From an uncultured Methanoregulaceae archaeon (lineage in GTDB: Archaea; Halobacteriota; Methanomicrobia; Methanomicrobiales; Methanospirillaceae): DNA of 64,000 nucleotides. Shown here piece after piece: positions 51,613 to 62,840 of this stretch (positions within the stretch are counted from its first letter, which is position 1; every line of letters begins with the position of its first letter). The stretch is from NCBI GenBank assembly GCA_963705255.1, contig OY970061.1:96001-160000 (forward strand). Reading direction: 5' to 3'. Position numbers and translations under genes: made by a program. The notes beneath the pieces were generated by a model that was not told the DNA's origin, searched no databases, and was given only the letters and a program-made list of their open reading frames with translations.

Positions 51613-52145
51613 GTCCGGCAGGCTGCACCTGTTCCCGTATCTGACCGGGAGCAGCTGATGAAGAATGAGCGATGGATCTGATCAAAAAGACCCGGATTCG
51701 AAAATCGCCTGCAAGTGCAGTACCGGTGAATAACCGGAAAAGATCGTGCGGAAAAATTCAAAAGTATCCCCGAAATCATCATGAAATTCCAAAAGCACAC
51801 CAACAAATAAGGGGTTCACATACGATAACCGGTACCTTCATTCCGGGTTATCCTGTCGCATTTTTATAAGATTATGCAGGAATGAAGTGCAAACCCCCTG
51901 TGCATGCAGGAAAACACCGACGGTCCGGAAAACGCTTCTGGTATATAAATTTTGTTTACTATTTTTTTATCTGAATAATAAAGAGATCTTCAGATTCTTC
52001 AGATAATACAAAATCCCCTTTGAAAAATCAGGTAAATTCCAGAAGATCAAAAGAAAACATCTATATAGTATATTTTTTGACTTTTTATAGGCAGGGTAGT
52101 CTTTTAAAATTATCCGGACAGTAGGGAAAAGGCGGAATTTTTTTT

Positions 52146-53747
52146 ATGTATTCTATTCTGTATGTGGACGATGAAGAGCTCCTACTGACCTCAAATAAGT
52201 TATTACTGGAAAAAAACGGCGAATTTTCCGTGGATACGGTACAATCGGCCGAGATCGCGCTTCAGCAGATCGCGACAACAGGATATGATGCAGTACTGTC
52301 AGACTACCAGATGCCGGGTATGGACGGCATCGAGTTTCTCAAGCAGGTGCGATCGCGGTTCGGCAACCTGCCGTTCGTGTTATTCACCGGAAAAGGGCGG
52401 GAAGAGATCGTGATCGAAGCCCTGAACAACGGCGCCGATTTTTACATCCAGAAAGGCCCAGACATCAAAGGGATGATTGCCGAACTCAAACACAAAATCC
52501 GTCGTGCAATTGAGAGAAAGCGGTTCGCGGAGAGGATTGTCGAGTCCGAACAGCAGCTGGCTGATATTATCGATTTCCTCCCCGACGCGACCTGCGCGAT
52601 CGATATCCGCGGAAAGGTGATCGCATGGAACAGGGCAATGGAAACTCTGACCGGGATACCGAAGAGCGGGATGGTCGGAAAAGGGGACTATGCCTATGCC
52701 GTGCCATTTTACGGGGAGCCTCGTGCGGTCCTGATGGATCTCGTGCTCAAGGGAGATCCCGGGGCTGAAGCACACTACGGTCACCTGGAAAAAACGGGAG
52801 GCAAGATCAATTCCGAGGTATTCATTCCCCGGGCTTTCGGCGGGAAAGGGGCCTACGTATGGGCGACAGCATCCCCGCTGTACGACCGGTCCGGAAACGT
52901 CATTGGTGCCATTGAGTCCATCAGGGATGTCACGGAACAGTACCTCATACGGCGTGAGCTGGACACGGCCCGGGAGATGAACCTGGGGTTTGCCAATATC
53001 CTTCCCGTGGGCGTGTACGAGATGGACTGCGACTGCAATCTTACCTTTGCCAATGACCGGGCATATGAGTTGTTCGGCCTCATCCGGGAAGATGCCGGCC
53101 AGGAGATCTGTATCCTGGATTATATCACCCCGGTCGACCGGAAACGGGCGGCCGGGGACATCCGGAATGCAATGGCGGATCCGAAAAAAAACGGTCAGGA
53201 GTACCTGCTCCAGAGAAAAGACGGCAGTACGTTCCCATCCCTCATCTACGGTGCCCCCGTTATCGATTCCCGGTCAAAGAACGTCACCGGCCTCCGGGGG
53301 GTCATCATCGACCTGACCCAGCGGAAACGGGAAGCACAGGCACTTCGCGAGAGCGAAGAACGGTTAAAACTTGCGGTCAGAGCCGGGGACCTGGGCATCT
53401 GGGACGTGGATATGCGCACTATGACGGTCTACGAGATCCATGAATGGGCCCTGCGTACGCTGGACCATGATCCGGGACTGAAGCCCGTGACGATAAATTC
53501 CTGTAAGACCATGGTCCACCCGCTCGACCTGCCCCGGCTGCTCTTTGCATTCTTCCGTCATCTCAAAGGAAGAGTGCCCCTTTTTGAAGGAGAATTCCGG
53601 ATGCGCCACAACGACGGGACCTGGATATGGGTCATGGCACGCGGAAAGATCATTGAGCGGAATTCCCGTGGGGAACCTGTCCGGATCACGGGGACGATCA
53701 ATGCAGTCAGCCGGCCCCGGTCACCCGGCAAGAAGAGCTGTTCATAA
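52146..53747 (+). CDS. REC + multi-PAS signalling protein (no kinase domain)
   Basis: ILYVDDE, SDYQMPGMDG, three PAS/PAC units. Confidence 0.9.
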   Translation: MYSILYVDDEELLLTSNKLLLEKNGEFSVDTVQSAEIALQQIATTGYDAVLSDYQMPGMDGIEFLKQVRSRFGNLPFVLFTGKGREEIVIEALNNGADFYIQKGPDIKGMIAELKHKIRRAIERKRFAERIVESEQQLADIIDFLPDATCAIDIRGKVIAWNRAMETLTGIPKSGMVGKGDYAYAVPFYGEPRAVLMDLVLKGDPGAEAHYGHLEKTGGKINSEVFIPRAFGGKGAYVWATASPLYDRSGNVIGAIESIRDVTEQYLIRRELDTAREMNLGFANILPVGVYEMDCDCNLTFANDRAYELFGLIREDAGQEICILDYITPVDRKRAAGDIRNAMADPKKNGQEYLLQRKDGSTFPSLIYGAPVIDSRSKNVTGLRGVIIDLTQRKREAQALRESEERLKLAVRAGDLGIWDVDMRTMTVYEIHEWALRTLDHDPGLKPVTINSCKTMVHPLDLPRLLFAFFRHLKGRVPLFEGEFRMRHNDGTWIWVMARGKIIERNSRGEPVRITGTINAVSRPRSPGKKSCS

Positions 53748-53946
53748 CCCGGGATCTCCATATGGAGCTATCCTTGATCTCCCCGGTTACGGCATCCGGT
53801 CGCTTTTCGCATGCCGGGGGTTTCCGGCATATCGCCTCTTCACTTGCCGGCTGACGGATCGTGAAATTGATGTAGACGTGATGAGAGAGTACCTATCATG
53901 GACGTTTCCGAAACCGTCCCCTATCCTGTGACGGAGTGAAGCCATA

Positions 53947-54828
53947 ATGCCGGAAGAGATGCCGGACCCTTCCCTCAGTGCCACCCTCCTCTCCCTGCAG
54001 AGAGCAGAGATCACCGAGCACCACATCTATGCAAAGATCGCCTCAGTGACAGAAGAGCGGCGCAACCGGGACGTGCTGGAGCGTATCGCATCGGAAGAGA
54101 TGGACCACTATGCCATCTGGAAGCGCTACACCCGGCAGGACATCCCGCCGGACACGTTCCGTATCTGGTATTATTGCCTGATGGCATGGGTTCTCGGGAT
54201 CACCTTCACGCTCAAGCTGATGGAGAGCGTAGAGAGGCGTGCCCAGCAGATGAACCCGGCACTCCTGTCTGCAATTCCCGAGATCCCCGGCATGCTCGCC
54301 AACGAGGAAGAGCACGAGCGCGAACTCATCGCCCTCATCGACGAGGAACGTCTGCGGTACATGGGCTCGGTCGTACTGGGGCTCAACGATGCCCTGGTGG
54401 AATTCACCGGCATGCTCGCCGGGCTGACGTTTGCCCTCCAGAACTCCCGGATCATCGCGGTTGCCGGCCTGATCACCGGTGTTGCGGCAGCCCTTTCCAT
54501 GGGGTCCTCGGAATATCTCTCCCGGAAATCTGAGGGTGCGGCAACGGATCCGAAAAAAGCGGCGCTGTACACCGGGTTTACCTACATGGTGACCGTAGTC
54601 CTGCTCATCCTGCCGTTCCTGGTACTCGAAAACCCCTACACCTCTCTTGTACTCACCCTGCTCGGGGCGGTCGCCGTCATATTCTTCTTCACCTACTACA
54701 TCTCGGTGGCAAAGGACCTTCCTTTCCGGACCCGGTTTGCCGAGATGCTCGCGATAAGTTTCGGTATTGCGGCGGTCTCCTTTGTCATAGGGCTCGTGAT
54801 ACGGGTGGTCCTGAACGTCAGCGTATGA
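53947..54828 (+). CDS. Rubrerythrin-like + VIT1/CCC1 iron exporter (MbfA-like)
   Basis: E..EH, EE.DH, EEEHE di-iron motifs; VLGLNDALVE, ALSMGSSEYLS. Confidence 0.9.
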   Translation: MPEEMPDPSLSATLLSLQRAEITEHHIYAKIASVTEERRNRDVLERIASEEMDHYAIWKRYTRQDIPPDTFRIWYYCLMAWVLGITFTLKLMESVERRAQQMNPALLSAIPEIPGMLANEEEHERELIALIDEERLRYMGSVVLGLNDALVEFTGMLAGLTFALQNSRIIAVAGLITGVAAALSMGSSEYLSRKSEGAATDPKKAALYTGFTYMVTVVLLILPFLVLENPYTSLVLTLLGAVAVIFFFTYYISVAKDLPFRTRFAEMLAISFGIAAVSFVIGLVIRVVLNVSV

Positions 54829-55159
54829 GGACAGGAACGCATTTTATTCCGTCCCCGTGCGCTCCTGCCGACAGAAGAACAACCACGTTCACCCCCGGAT
54901 CTCCGGATCTCTGCCCATGAACGCTGATTCATCAGGGACCTGCCGGCAGTCATCACGGTGTCCCCGGACCCCGCTATCGTGAATATCCCTCTGCCGGTCA
55001 GAAGGAGCCCGGCGAGGGATGGCCTGCGGCCATATGCATAGCCCGGCTTTCCTGACGTTTTTATATACTTCATAATAAAAAATGAGGTAATTATACCATG
55101 TCCTCCCTTAATCTCGTATGGGGGAAAACCCTTATACAGCCATTTCCGGTCTGATCTCC

Positions 55160-57291
55160 ATGCCCCTCCCCCTACCCGCCCGGCCCAGGCTCAACGTCCG
55201 GGCCAAGATACTGATTATTTTCCTGGCCCTCTCCCTCATCTCGCTCCTCATTACCGGGTACGTGGCGTTTTTTACCATCAGCAGTGTGGGCAGGTCTGCT
55301 GAAACGAGCAGCTTGTCTCTCGGGCAGGAAGCCGTGGACGAGGCCAGCTCGGCCCTCCGGCAATCCGGGCAGGAAAATCTTCTCCAGATCGCAACCGGCG
55401 AGGTTGCCGTCACCGATGTCCTGTTCGAGGATACGGATTCTGAAATGGAGATCCTTGCTGCAGGCGCAAAGATCCTCGGGAACAACCCTCCTGTCCGGCC
55501 GGAGATACCCTCCTTCGGAAGGAATGAGCCCCCACAGGACCCCGGCATGGCAGTGCTCTTCCTCATCTCCCCGGATTCCCGGATAACCCGCGATTCCGAA
55601 GAGTTCAAAACCCTTGCAGGGCTGGACGATCTTCTGTATGCGGTGTACCAGACCGACGAGAACATGTCCAGTATCTACGTAGCCACGGACTCGGGCATCG
55701 TCCGCATGTACCCGTGGATCGCCATGCCGGGCCAGATACCGGATTCACGGCAGAGAGCGTGGTTCACCGGGGCTGAGAACACGAGCGATATCTTCTGGAC
55801 CGGACCCTATGTGGACGCTGCGGGGCACGGCCTTGTGATGACCGCCTCGAAAGCCGTCAGTACCGAAATACGGCACGTGGGTGCTCGGCAGCGATGTAAC
55901 TGTCAGTGTTGTCAACGCAGAGTTCCTCAACATGACCCTTGGCGGCAAAGGATATGCCGTGCTCATGGACGGCGGGGGAAACATCATCAGCCGCCCCGGG
56001 CTCTCGGCCGGGAACGCGTCCTGGGATGAGCCGTTCAGGAACGAGAATGTCTTCTTAAGCCCCGACCCGGCACTTGTTGCGCTGGGGAGGAATATGACGG
56101 CCGGTAAGACCGGCGTCGAGATGGTGCGGTTCGGGAATGAGGACAGTTTTGTCGCCTATGCTCCGGTAGGGTTCCGGAACTGGAGTTTTGCCGTATCCAT
56201 GCCGGTCGCCGAGATCACCGCACCGGTGGAAAAGACCCAGGCGAAGATCATCAGTTCGACCCGGGAGACCGGTGCCCTCATCAACCGCCAGACGGGAGAG
56301 GTACTGGATATTTTTGCCGTGCTGTTCCTCGGTACTCCTGGTCATTGTCGTCGTGCTCTCCCTCTACCTTGCCCGTGTCATTACCCGTCCCGTTGAATCG
56401 CTGAAGGAAGGTACGCTGGCGCTGGGCAGGGGCGATCTCGATTACCGGGTCAGGATTGAGACCGGGGACGAGTTCGAGGAGCTGGCCGGATCCTTCAACC
56501 GCATGGCTGCAGACCTCAAGAAGAATATCGAAGATCTCCGGAGAACGACCGCCGAAAAGGAGCGGTATGTCAAGGAACTCGAGATCGCAAAGGAGATCCA
56601 GGAGAGCATCCTTCCCGAATCAACACCGGATATCCCCGGCTTTGAAACGGGAGCGGTGACCATTCCTGCCCTGGAGATCGGTGGAGACCTGTATGATTTC
56701 ATCCCGCTGGAAGGGAACCGCTGGGGTTTTACCATCGCCGATGTATCCGGCAAAGGCGTGAGTGCAGCGCTCTTCATGGCGATCTCGCGGAACCTCATCC
56801 ATGCAAGCGGGAGGGCGCTCGCGGACCCGTCGGCAGCCATACGGCAGGCCAACCGGCTGATGTACGAGGACAACAGGTCGAACATGTTCATCACGGTCTT
56901 CTACGGAGTGCTCGATCCGCTCCGGATGACCTTTTCCTATGTGAACGCCGGCCATAACCCCCCGCTGCTGGTGCGGGGCGATCCCCCGGTGATAATAAGC
57001 CTTGAAGGGAAGGGCATTGCCCTCGGGGTGGTCCCGGACGTGAATATTACCCCCGGTATCCTCACGCTGGAGCGGGGGGACCTTATTGTCATGTATACCG
57101 ATGGCGTCACTGAAGCCTTCAACGAACAGGACGTGGACTTCGGCGAGGAGAGGCTCATGGCCTTTGTCCGGAGGAACAGGGCACGACCCGTCGGGGAGAT
57201 TGTCTCAGGACTTCTCGACGAGATACGGCAGTTCTCCGGTAATGCCCCGCAGTCTGACGATATAACTCTGGTCGTACTCAGGGTGCTGTAG
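55160..57291 (+). CDS. Cache/HAMP + SpoIIE (PP2C) sensor phosphatase (+1 frameshifts near 55867 and 56331)
   Basis: RAWF...WTGPYVD Cache; HAMP DEFEELAGSFN; GGDLYD, ADVSGKG, NAGH, YTDG, DDIT. Confidence 0.85.
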
Positions 57292-57586
57292 AGGGTTGCC
57301 CTGCCGGCACTGTCCGGAGTTCTGGAGAATTCTCCCTCCGGGATACAGGGAAGATCAACATACTTTTTTGAAACCGGAGGGATCAACCTGTACGTAGCCG
57401 TTCCGTTTTACAAGGTACCCCGGGAACTCCGTATCCCCAGGAGTGCCCCCGGTGTCGTACCCCCCCAGACCGCCCGGATGCATGGGGACACCCTGCCCGA
57501 TCCCGCGGTCTGAATCCTGCCCTTTCTGACAGGAATCAGGGGGAGAGGGCGGTCTTCAGGATTCCGTGAAAGACCCGGACGCACGA

Positions 57587-59539
57587 TTATACCCGGGGCT
57601 GCTGCTGGGTAGCGCAATGGAAGGTGCCGGACCCTTCGACCATTGCGCGGGCGTTGATCCCCACCACCTTCCGGCCTGGGAAGAATTTCTGCACGATCAG
57701 CAGGGCAGCAGCATCCTTCGGGTCATCGAAGACCGGCACGATCACGACCGTATTTCCGATATAGAAGTTGGTATAACTCGCCGGGTAGCGCTCATCCCCG
57801 TCAGCAACTTTTGCCGGCATCGGCAGTTTCACCACGGTCAGCGGCCTGCCGTCCTGGTCGGTTGACTGCCGGAGGATCTCGTAGTTGTCCTGCAGGGCCG
57901 GATAATTGGTATCGGAGATATCGGCCTCATATGCACATACCACGGTCGACGGGCCGACGAACCGGGCGATGTCATCGATGTGCCCATCCGTGTCATCCCC
58001 GGCCACACCGTCATTCAGCCAGATGACCTTTTCCACGCCAAGATACTCCCTGAGCCGGTCTTCGATCCCGTCCGCTGAAAGCGCCGGGTTGCGGTTGGGG
58101 TTCAGGAGGCATGCCCGTGTTGTCAGCACGGTCCCCCTGCCATTCACGTCAACCGATCCCCCTTCCAGCACGATACCGGGCTCGAAGAGAGGCAGCGAGA
58201 GGCGGCGGTTCATGATGCGGGGGATATTCCCGTCCCTGACCTGGTCCTCGTATTTCCCGCCCCACGCATTGAAATCCCAGCGGACCATGGCAGTCCTCTG
58301 CAGGGCACGGTTGACAACGAACGTGGGCCCGTAGTCCCGGATCCAGACGTCGGAATATTCACTCGTATGGAGCGTGACCCGCTGGAGGTCCACCCCCAGG
58401 TCACGGAGCCTCGCCCTGACTTTGCGGCGGACTACGGCAGTCGGCACGAAAAGGTCCACCTTCTCCGACGGTTGGATTGCGGCGATGAACTCGTAGTATG
58501 CCTGCTCGACTGCTGCTATCCGGGGGAACGTATTCCTGTTGTGCGGCCACGAGAGCCAGACCGTTTCATGGGGTTCCCATTCCGCCGGCATATGGAACCC
58601 CCGGTTCCGGGGAGTGTCGCCTTTTCGCAGCAGGGGGAAGACCGGGTCTTCACCGGGAAACGGTACACAGATCCTGCCATACGTCTCCGGCCGGCGGTTC
58701 CGGAAAAAACCCCACGAGTCGCGGACAGAGGTGTTCATTGCCAGGTCCACCGGGGCTATCAGGGTCTCTTCCGCGGCACCTGCCCGGGCGATGATCTTCC
58801 CGAAGGCATCACAGACAAAGGAACCACCGAAAAATCTGATCCCCCCTTCCCTCCCGACCCTGTTCACTGCGGCGATATGAACGCTGTTTGCAATGGCATG
58901 GCTCCGCTGGATCAGCTCCCAGGTCTCCCGCCAGTCCCCTTCTGCAGGCTCAACCGGGCCGGGATGGCCGATTGCCGTCGGGTAGAAGAGTATCTCTGCT
59001 CCTTCCAGGGCGACGCACCGGGCTGCTTCCGGGAACCACTGGTCATAGCAGATGAGAACCGCGATACGCCCGTAACGGGTCGCAAAAACCCTGTACGTCT
59101 CTCCAGGATAGAAGTAGCCCTTCTCAAAAAAACCGGGATCCTGGGGGATATGGACTTTGTGGTAGGGAGGGTGAAGGCTCCCGTCGGCATCGATCACGAC
59201 TGCGGTGTTGGAGAACCTGCCATCGGGAGATCTTTCGAAGAGCGGCACGATGATGACGACTCCCCGGTCGCGGGCGATCCCGGAAAATACATCTGTGGAC
59301 TCTCCGGGGACGGTCTCGGCAAAAACCGATGCATCAGTACCGGGATGCTGGGGAAAATAGCGGCTCCTGAAGAGTTCCGGGAGGCAGATTATCTTTGCCC
59401 CCGCGTGTGCCGCCTCCCCGACTCTCACCCGTGCTTTTTCCAGCTCAGCCCCGGGGTCATTGCCCACCGCCATCTGAATGAGCCCGATGATAACGTTTCC
59501 CGGATCCATAGGCCTCGTGGTATACGCATTTTTTTTCAT
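57587..59539 (-). CDS. Fusion of N-carbamoylputrescine amidase (nitrilase/CN-hydrolase) and agmatine deiminase
   Basis: LPELF, KVHIP, ICYDQWFPE; then MPAEWEPH, WIRDYGP, LEGG, DTDGHID, HCATQQQP. Confidence 0.9.
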   Translation of the reverse strand: MKKNAYTTRPMDPGNVIIGLIQMAVGNDPGAELEKARVRVGEAAHAGAKIICLPELFRSRYFPQHPGTDASVFAETVPGESTDVFSGIARDRGVVIIVPLFERSPDGRFSNTAVVIDADGSLHPPYHKVHIPQDPGFFEKGYFYPGETYRVFATRYGRIAVLICYDQWFPEAARCVALEGAEILFYPTAIGHPGPVEPAEGDWRETWELIQRSHAIANSVHIAAVNRVGREGGIRFFGGSFVCDAFGKIIARAGAAEETLIAPVDLAMNTSVRDSWGFFRNRRPETYGRICVPFPGEDPVFPLLRKGDTPRNRGFHMPAEWEPHETVWLSWPHNRNTFPRIAAVEQAYYEFIAAIQPSEKVDLFVPTAVVRRKVRARLRDLGVDLQRVTLHTSEYSDVWIRDYGPTFVVNRALQRTAMVRWDFNAWGGKYEDQVRDGNIPRIMNRRLSLPLFEPGIVLEGGSVDVNGRGTVLTTRACLLNPNRNPALSADGIEDRLREYLGVEKVIWLNDGVAGDDTDGHIDDIARFVGPSTVVCAYEADISDTNYPALQDNYEILRQSTDQDGRPLTVVKLPMPAKVADGDERYPASYTNFYIGNTVVIVPVFDDPKDAAALLIVQKFFPGRKVVGINARAMVEGSGTFHCATQQQPRV

Positions 59540-59778
59540 GGGATATCAGGATATCCATATTTGACGCGGGCCAGCCGGGCAGGACCGGGGGCCGGAACTT
59601 CAAAGAACCGGGCGGGCACCGGCTGCCGGGAATCCTTCCATGTCGTATCGGCCCGGAAGACCGGTCACTCCCGGGACCACGACTCTTTTGGGCAGTCTGG
59701 AATGATTCAGGCGATACGGGCCCAAAAACAGTCGAATATATATTACTAAATGGGAAATATATTTGACAAAGAGATGCC

Positions 59779-60240
59779 ATGAAGAAGAATACGTTTTATA
59801 TTTTTACCGGGTGTGTCGCGGTTGCCCTCCTCGCGATATTCTGGTATTCAGTGGAACTTCACCTTCCTTTTGTGCTGGAGATCGCCATCATCATCGGGAT
59901 CGGGGCCATCTACTTTGCACGGCGCACAGTCACGGATCTCATCGAGGATGAACGGAGCGCCAGGATCACAGAGAAAGCGGCCATGAGGACGATGCAGGTC
60001 TTCTGGGTCGTGTTCTGTGCATTTTCCATCGGCGCTGTCATGAATATGCTGTACATCCCCCGGTTCACCAGGCTGCCACTGTCTGAACGCCCGGCGGAGA
60101 TGCTGCCTCCGGAGATCTTACCTCCCCGGACTATCGGATATATCCAGCTTGGCCTCCTGTGCCTGATGATATTCCTCTACGTCGGATTCAGGTTGTACTA
60201 CGCCAGAAAATACGGGGATTGGGAGACTGATGAAGAATAA
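59779..60240 (+). CDS. DUF2178-like membrane protein
   Basis: Four TMs; DERSARITEKAA. Confidence 0.75.
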   Translation: MKKNTFYIFTGCVAVALLAIFWYSVELHLPFVLEIAIIIGIGAIYFARRTVTDLIEDERSARITEKAAMRTMQVFWVVFCAFSIGAVMNMLYIPRFTRLPLSERPAEMLPPEILPPRTIGYIQLGLLCLMIFLYVGFRLYYARKYGDWETDEE

Positions 60241-60448
60241 GATCAAGGTTTTCCGGGCAATGCATGATCTCACTCAGGAAGACCTCGCCAAGGCGATCGG
60301 TGTTACCCGCCAGACCATCTTGGCAATCGAGAAGGGGAAGTACGTCCCGTCCCTTGACCTTGCCTTCAAAATTGCACGCTACTTCAACGTAACTATCGAA
60401 GAAACGTTCACCTATGGAGAAGAAGCCCGGATGACTGATGTCGACTGA
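60230..60448 (+). CDS. XRE family HTH transcriptional regulator
   Basis: LTQEDLAKAIGVTRQTILAIEKGKYVPSLDLAFKIA. Confidence 0.95.
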   Translation: MKNKIKVFRAMHDLTQEDLAKAIGVTRQTILAIEKGKYVPSLDLAFKIARYFNVTIEETFTYGEEARMTDVD

Positions 60449-60752
60449 TCTTTTCATGCGTCCGAAGAACTGCAGAACGGGTGCAGGGCTCAGAATCTCC
60501 CCGATTTTTCTTTCGTTCTTCTTTTAACAGCGTTTCATGTATTCCTTTTCTCCCGGTGAGGTCCGGTAACAATACCCTCATTTGAGCAGAATGGTGTCCC
60601 CGGTACTTTAGCTGGATGCGTGCGCTGTTCTGCGATCGGGAGCCGGTCATGATGAACCGTGACCTGTCTGAGATTTCATGGTATCGTCATAAAAAGAGAG
60701 GATCCCGGTGGCATAGTCGTATCCGGGAATTCGAAAAGTATAAATTACAAAA

Positions 60753-60770
60753 TGTAAAATATGTTTTACA
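60753..60770. promoter_or_regulatory. Putative operator just downstream of a TATA box
   Basis: TGTAAAA-TATG-TTTTACA palindrome; related copies at 61343 and 59751. Confidence 0.6.
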
Positions 60771-60829
60771 TTGGATCGCTTTCATCAGCGCTTCCATCAC
60801 TGATATTCCAGATTCAGGTGAACGCAATC

Positions 60830-61160
60830 ATGAAAACGCCCAAAATGTACTATGGTGCCCTTGTGGTATTCTGCATAGCAGCACTCGGCGTTGGTATGGC
60901 CAGTGCGGGGGGCGGAACACTCGCCATTTACGGTAACACCGGCGTTGAAGCGTATGGACATCCGCTTGACCTGACCAATATAACGGTTCAGCAGCACCTG
61001 CTGACTCATCTTGAACAGCAGGGAGTGGACGTACGTGCACTCAGGTACTGCCTTCCGGAATGGTGATACAGCAGCGATACGGACATGGTTTGAAAACTAC
61101 CGTCAGTCACACCCCTTTAAAATAGCAGGTCCCCTGAACCCGGATACGTCTTCATCCTAG
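60830..61160 (+). CDS. Small secreted hypothetical protein (+1 frameshift near 61044)
   Basis: Signal peptide; corrected continuation ...TAFRNGDTAAIRTWFENYRQSHP...*. Confidence 0.6.
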
Positions 61161-61342
61161 ACCGTCACGGTCACAGGGGGCCGGCCCGATCAAACCCCTC
61201 AGATGTTTTTGGTGAAGACCTCCGGTTTACCGGTTCGTTGGTATTCCGGGCATCCCGGAATCCGGGCGCCTTAAAAATGAAAAAAACGAACGATTATTAT
61301 CCAGATGAGAGTGTACCTGACAAAAAGGTATATAGTACAAAA

Positions 61343-61360
61343 TGTAAAATATACATTACA
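61343..61360. promoter_or_regulatory. Putative operator, second copy
   Basis: TGTAAAATATACATTACA; shares TACAAAATGTAAAATAT with the 60753 copy. Confidence 0.6.
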
Positions 61361-61449
61361 ATTTGTGCACGAATCACAGAATTATCCGAAAGAACCTCTT
61401 GAAGAAACATAGTAATATCTGAACACCTGTACCAGACAAAGGAGAAATT

Positions 61450-62829
61450 ATGAAAAAACGCATAGGAATTTTCAGCTGCATACTTCTGTTGCTGCTTATT
61501 GGTGCGGCAAGTGTAGCCGGCTTAACAAGCACGGGCACAGGCACGGGCACGAGCACAGGCACGAGCACAGCAAGCGCGTCGACAACGACACTTTCACCGG
61601 AACAGGCACTTGCCCAGATCTCCGTGACTTCGGTAACGCTCGATCCCCAGGTATTTTATCCCGGTGAATCGGGGACTATCACGGTCCAGGTGACGAACAG
61701 CGGAACCCAGTCCGTCGCCCTCAGAAGTGCGTCTATCGTTGATTCCAATATTGTTGTTGTTGGAGACACGAATCCCTATAACACCATGCTCTACCTTGGT
61801 CCCGGAAATACCATGACCTATTCGTTCGTAGTAACGGCGACAACCAAGGCGGGAACGTATTTCCCCCTGTTCTCCCTGGCCTCACGGGACGCCGGCAGCA
61901 TCCGGTACCCTATCCAGGTCGAGGTGGAAGCCAATGATATCCAGGCCGCCATCTCGTTAAAACCGGACAACTTTGCCGTCTCAACGGATAACAACGTCAA
62001 CCTCAGTATCGTCAATACCCGGGATGGTCCTGTCGGTACCATAGTCGTGACCCCGGAAGCTGACGGTGTTGTGGTCAGCCCGTCACAGGCTTTCGTGAGT
62101 TCGTTGGATGCCGGAAGTAACGTGCAAATCCCGTTTAATATCATACCATCCACGGGCACAAATGTCACGTTTCATATCACCTACCAGAACGGCGTCATGA
62201 ACGAGCACTCGACTGATGTGGTCCTCCCCCTGAACTTTGGAGTGAACAAAGCGGCAGTAGTACCGGTCATCAACGACCTGGCTCTGGTCGACCAGGGAGG
62301 CGTCTACCAGCTGACCGGTGACGTGACCAATACGGGTATTACCGATGCGAACGGACTCGTCCTCATGGTCGGTCCGCCTGCCATCCCTCAGGAGCCCTAC
62401 TCGAACTATGCAGTCGGATCCCTCACATCCAACGACTTCTCGAGTTTTACCCTCACCTTTACCGCAAATGATCTCTCAGATATCCCCATTCTTATCCAGT
62501 GGAAAGATGCAAACGGAAATACCCTCAGCACCGCAAAGAACCTCGATCTCAGATCGCTCGTTGCGTACGGCACCGCTGGCACGCGCAGCAGCTCAGGAAG
62601 TTCCGGTACGACTGGAGGCTCTGCAGCAGGCGGTTCCGCAGCGGCAGCCGGTGGCGGCGGCCAGTTCCGCGGCGGGGGCGGGGGTATCGGCGGCATCTTC
62701 GGTGGCGGAGGCAGGGGTGGCGACCTCGCTGCATTCTATCCCGTGATTGCCGGAGGCATAATCGTCATCATCGCCATCGTCCTGTGGATGAAACGGAAAT
62801 GGATACTATCAAAACTGAAGAAACAGTGA
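61450..62829 (+). CDS. COG1361-type S-layer/Ig-like surface protein linked to a MacB-type ABC system
   Basis: Signal peptide, Thr/Gly linkers, GDVTN.G...A, VGSL..NDFSSF, C-terminal TM. Confidence 0.75.
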   Translation: MKKRIGIFSCILLLLLIGAASVAGLTSTGTGTGTSTGTSTASASTTTLSPEQALAQISVTSVTLDPQVFYPGESGTITVQVTNSGTQSVALRSASIVDSNIVVVGDTNPYNTMLYLGPGNTMTYSFVVTATTKAGTYFPLFSLASRDAGSIRYPIQVEVEANDIQAAISLKPDNFAVSTDNNVNLSIVNTRDGPVGTIVVTPEADGVVVSPSQAFVSSLDAGSNVQIPFNIIPSTGTNVTFHITYQNGVMNEHSTDVVLPLNFGVNKAAVVPVINDLALVDQGGVYQLTGDVTNTGITDANGLVLMVGPPAIPQEPYSNYAVGSLTSNDFSSFTLTFTANDLSDIPILIQWKDANGNTLSTAKNLDLRSLVAYGTAGTRSSSGSSGTTGGSAAGGSAAAAGGGGQFRGGGGGIGGIFGGGGRGGDLAAFYPVIAGGIIVIIAIVLWMKRKWILSKLKKQ

Positions 62830-62840
62830 CCGGGTTGGTT

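Noticed and set aside
5126-59749. Long antisense or alternate-frame ORFs (e.g. 5126-6457, 33992-34930, 37539-38642, 58367-59749)
   Set aside because: Shadow ORFs of GC-rich genes with no recognisable motifs.
61528-61575. Short tandem ACRGGC/ACGAGC repeats
   Set aside because: They encode a Thr-Gly/Ser linker in a surface protein; ordinary low complexity.
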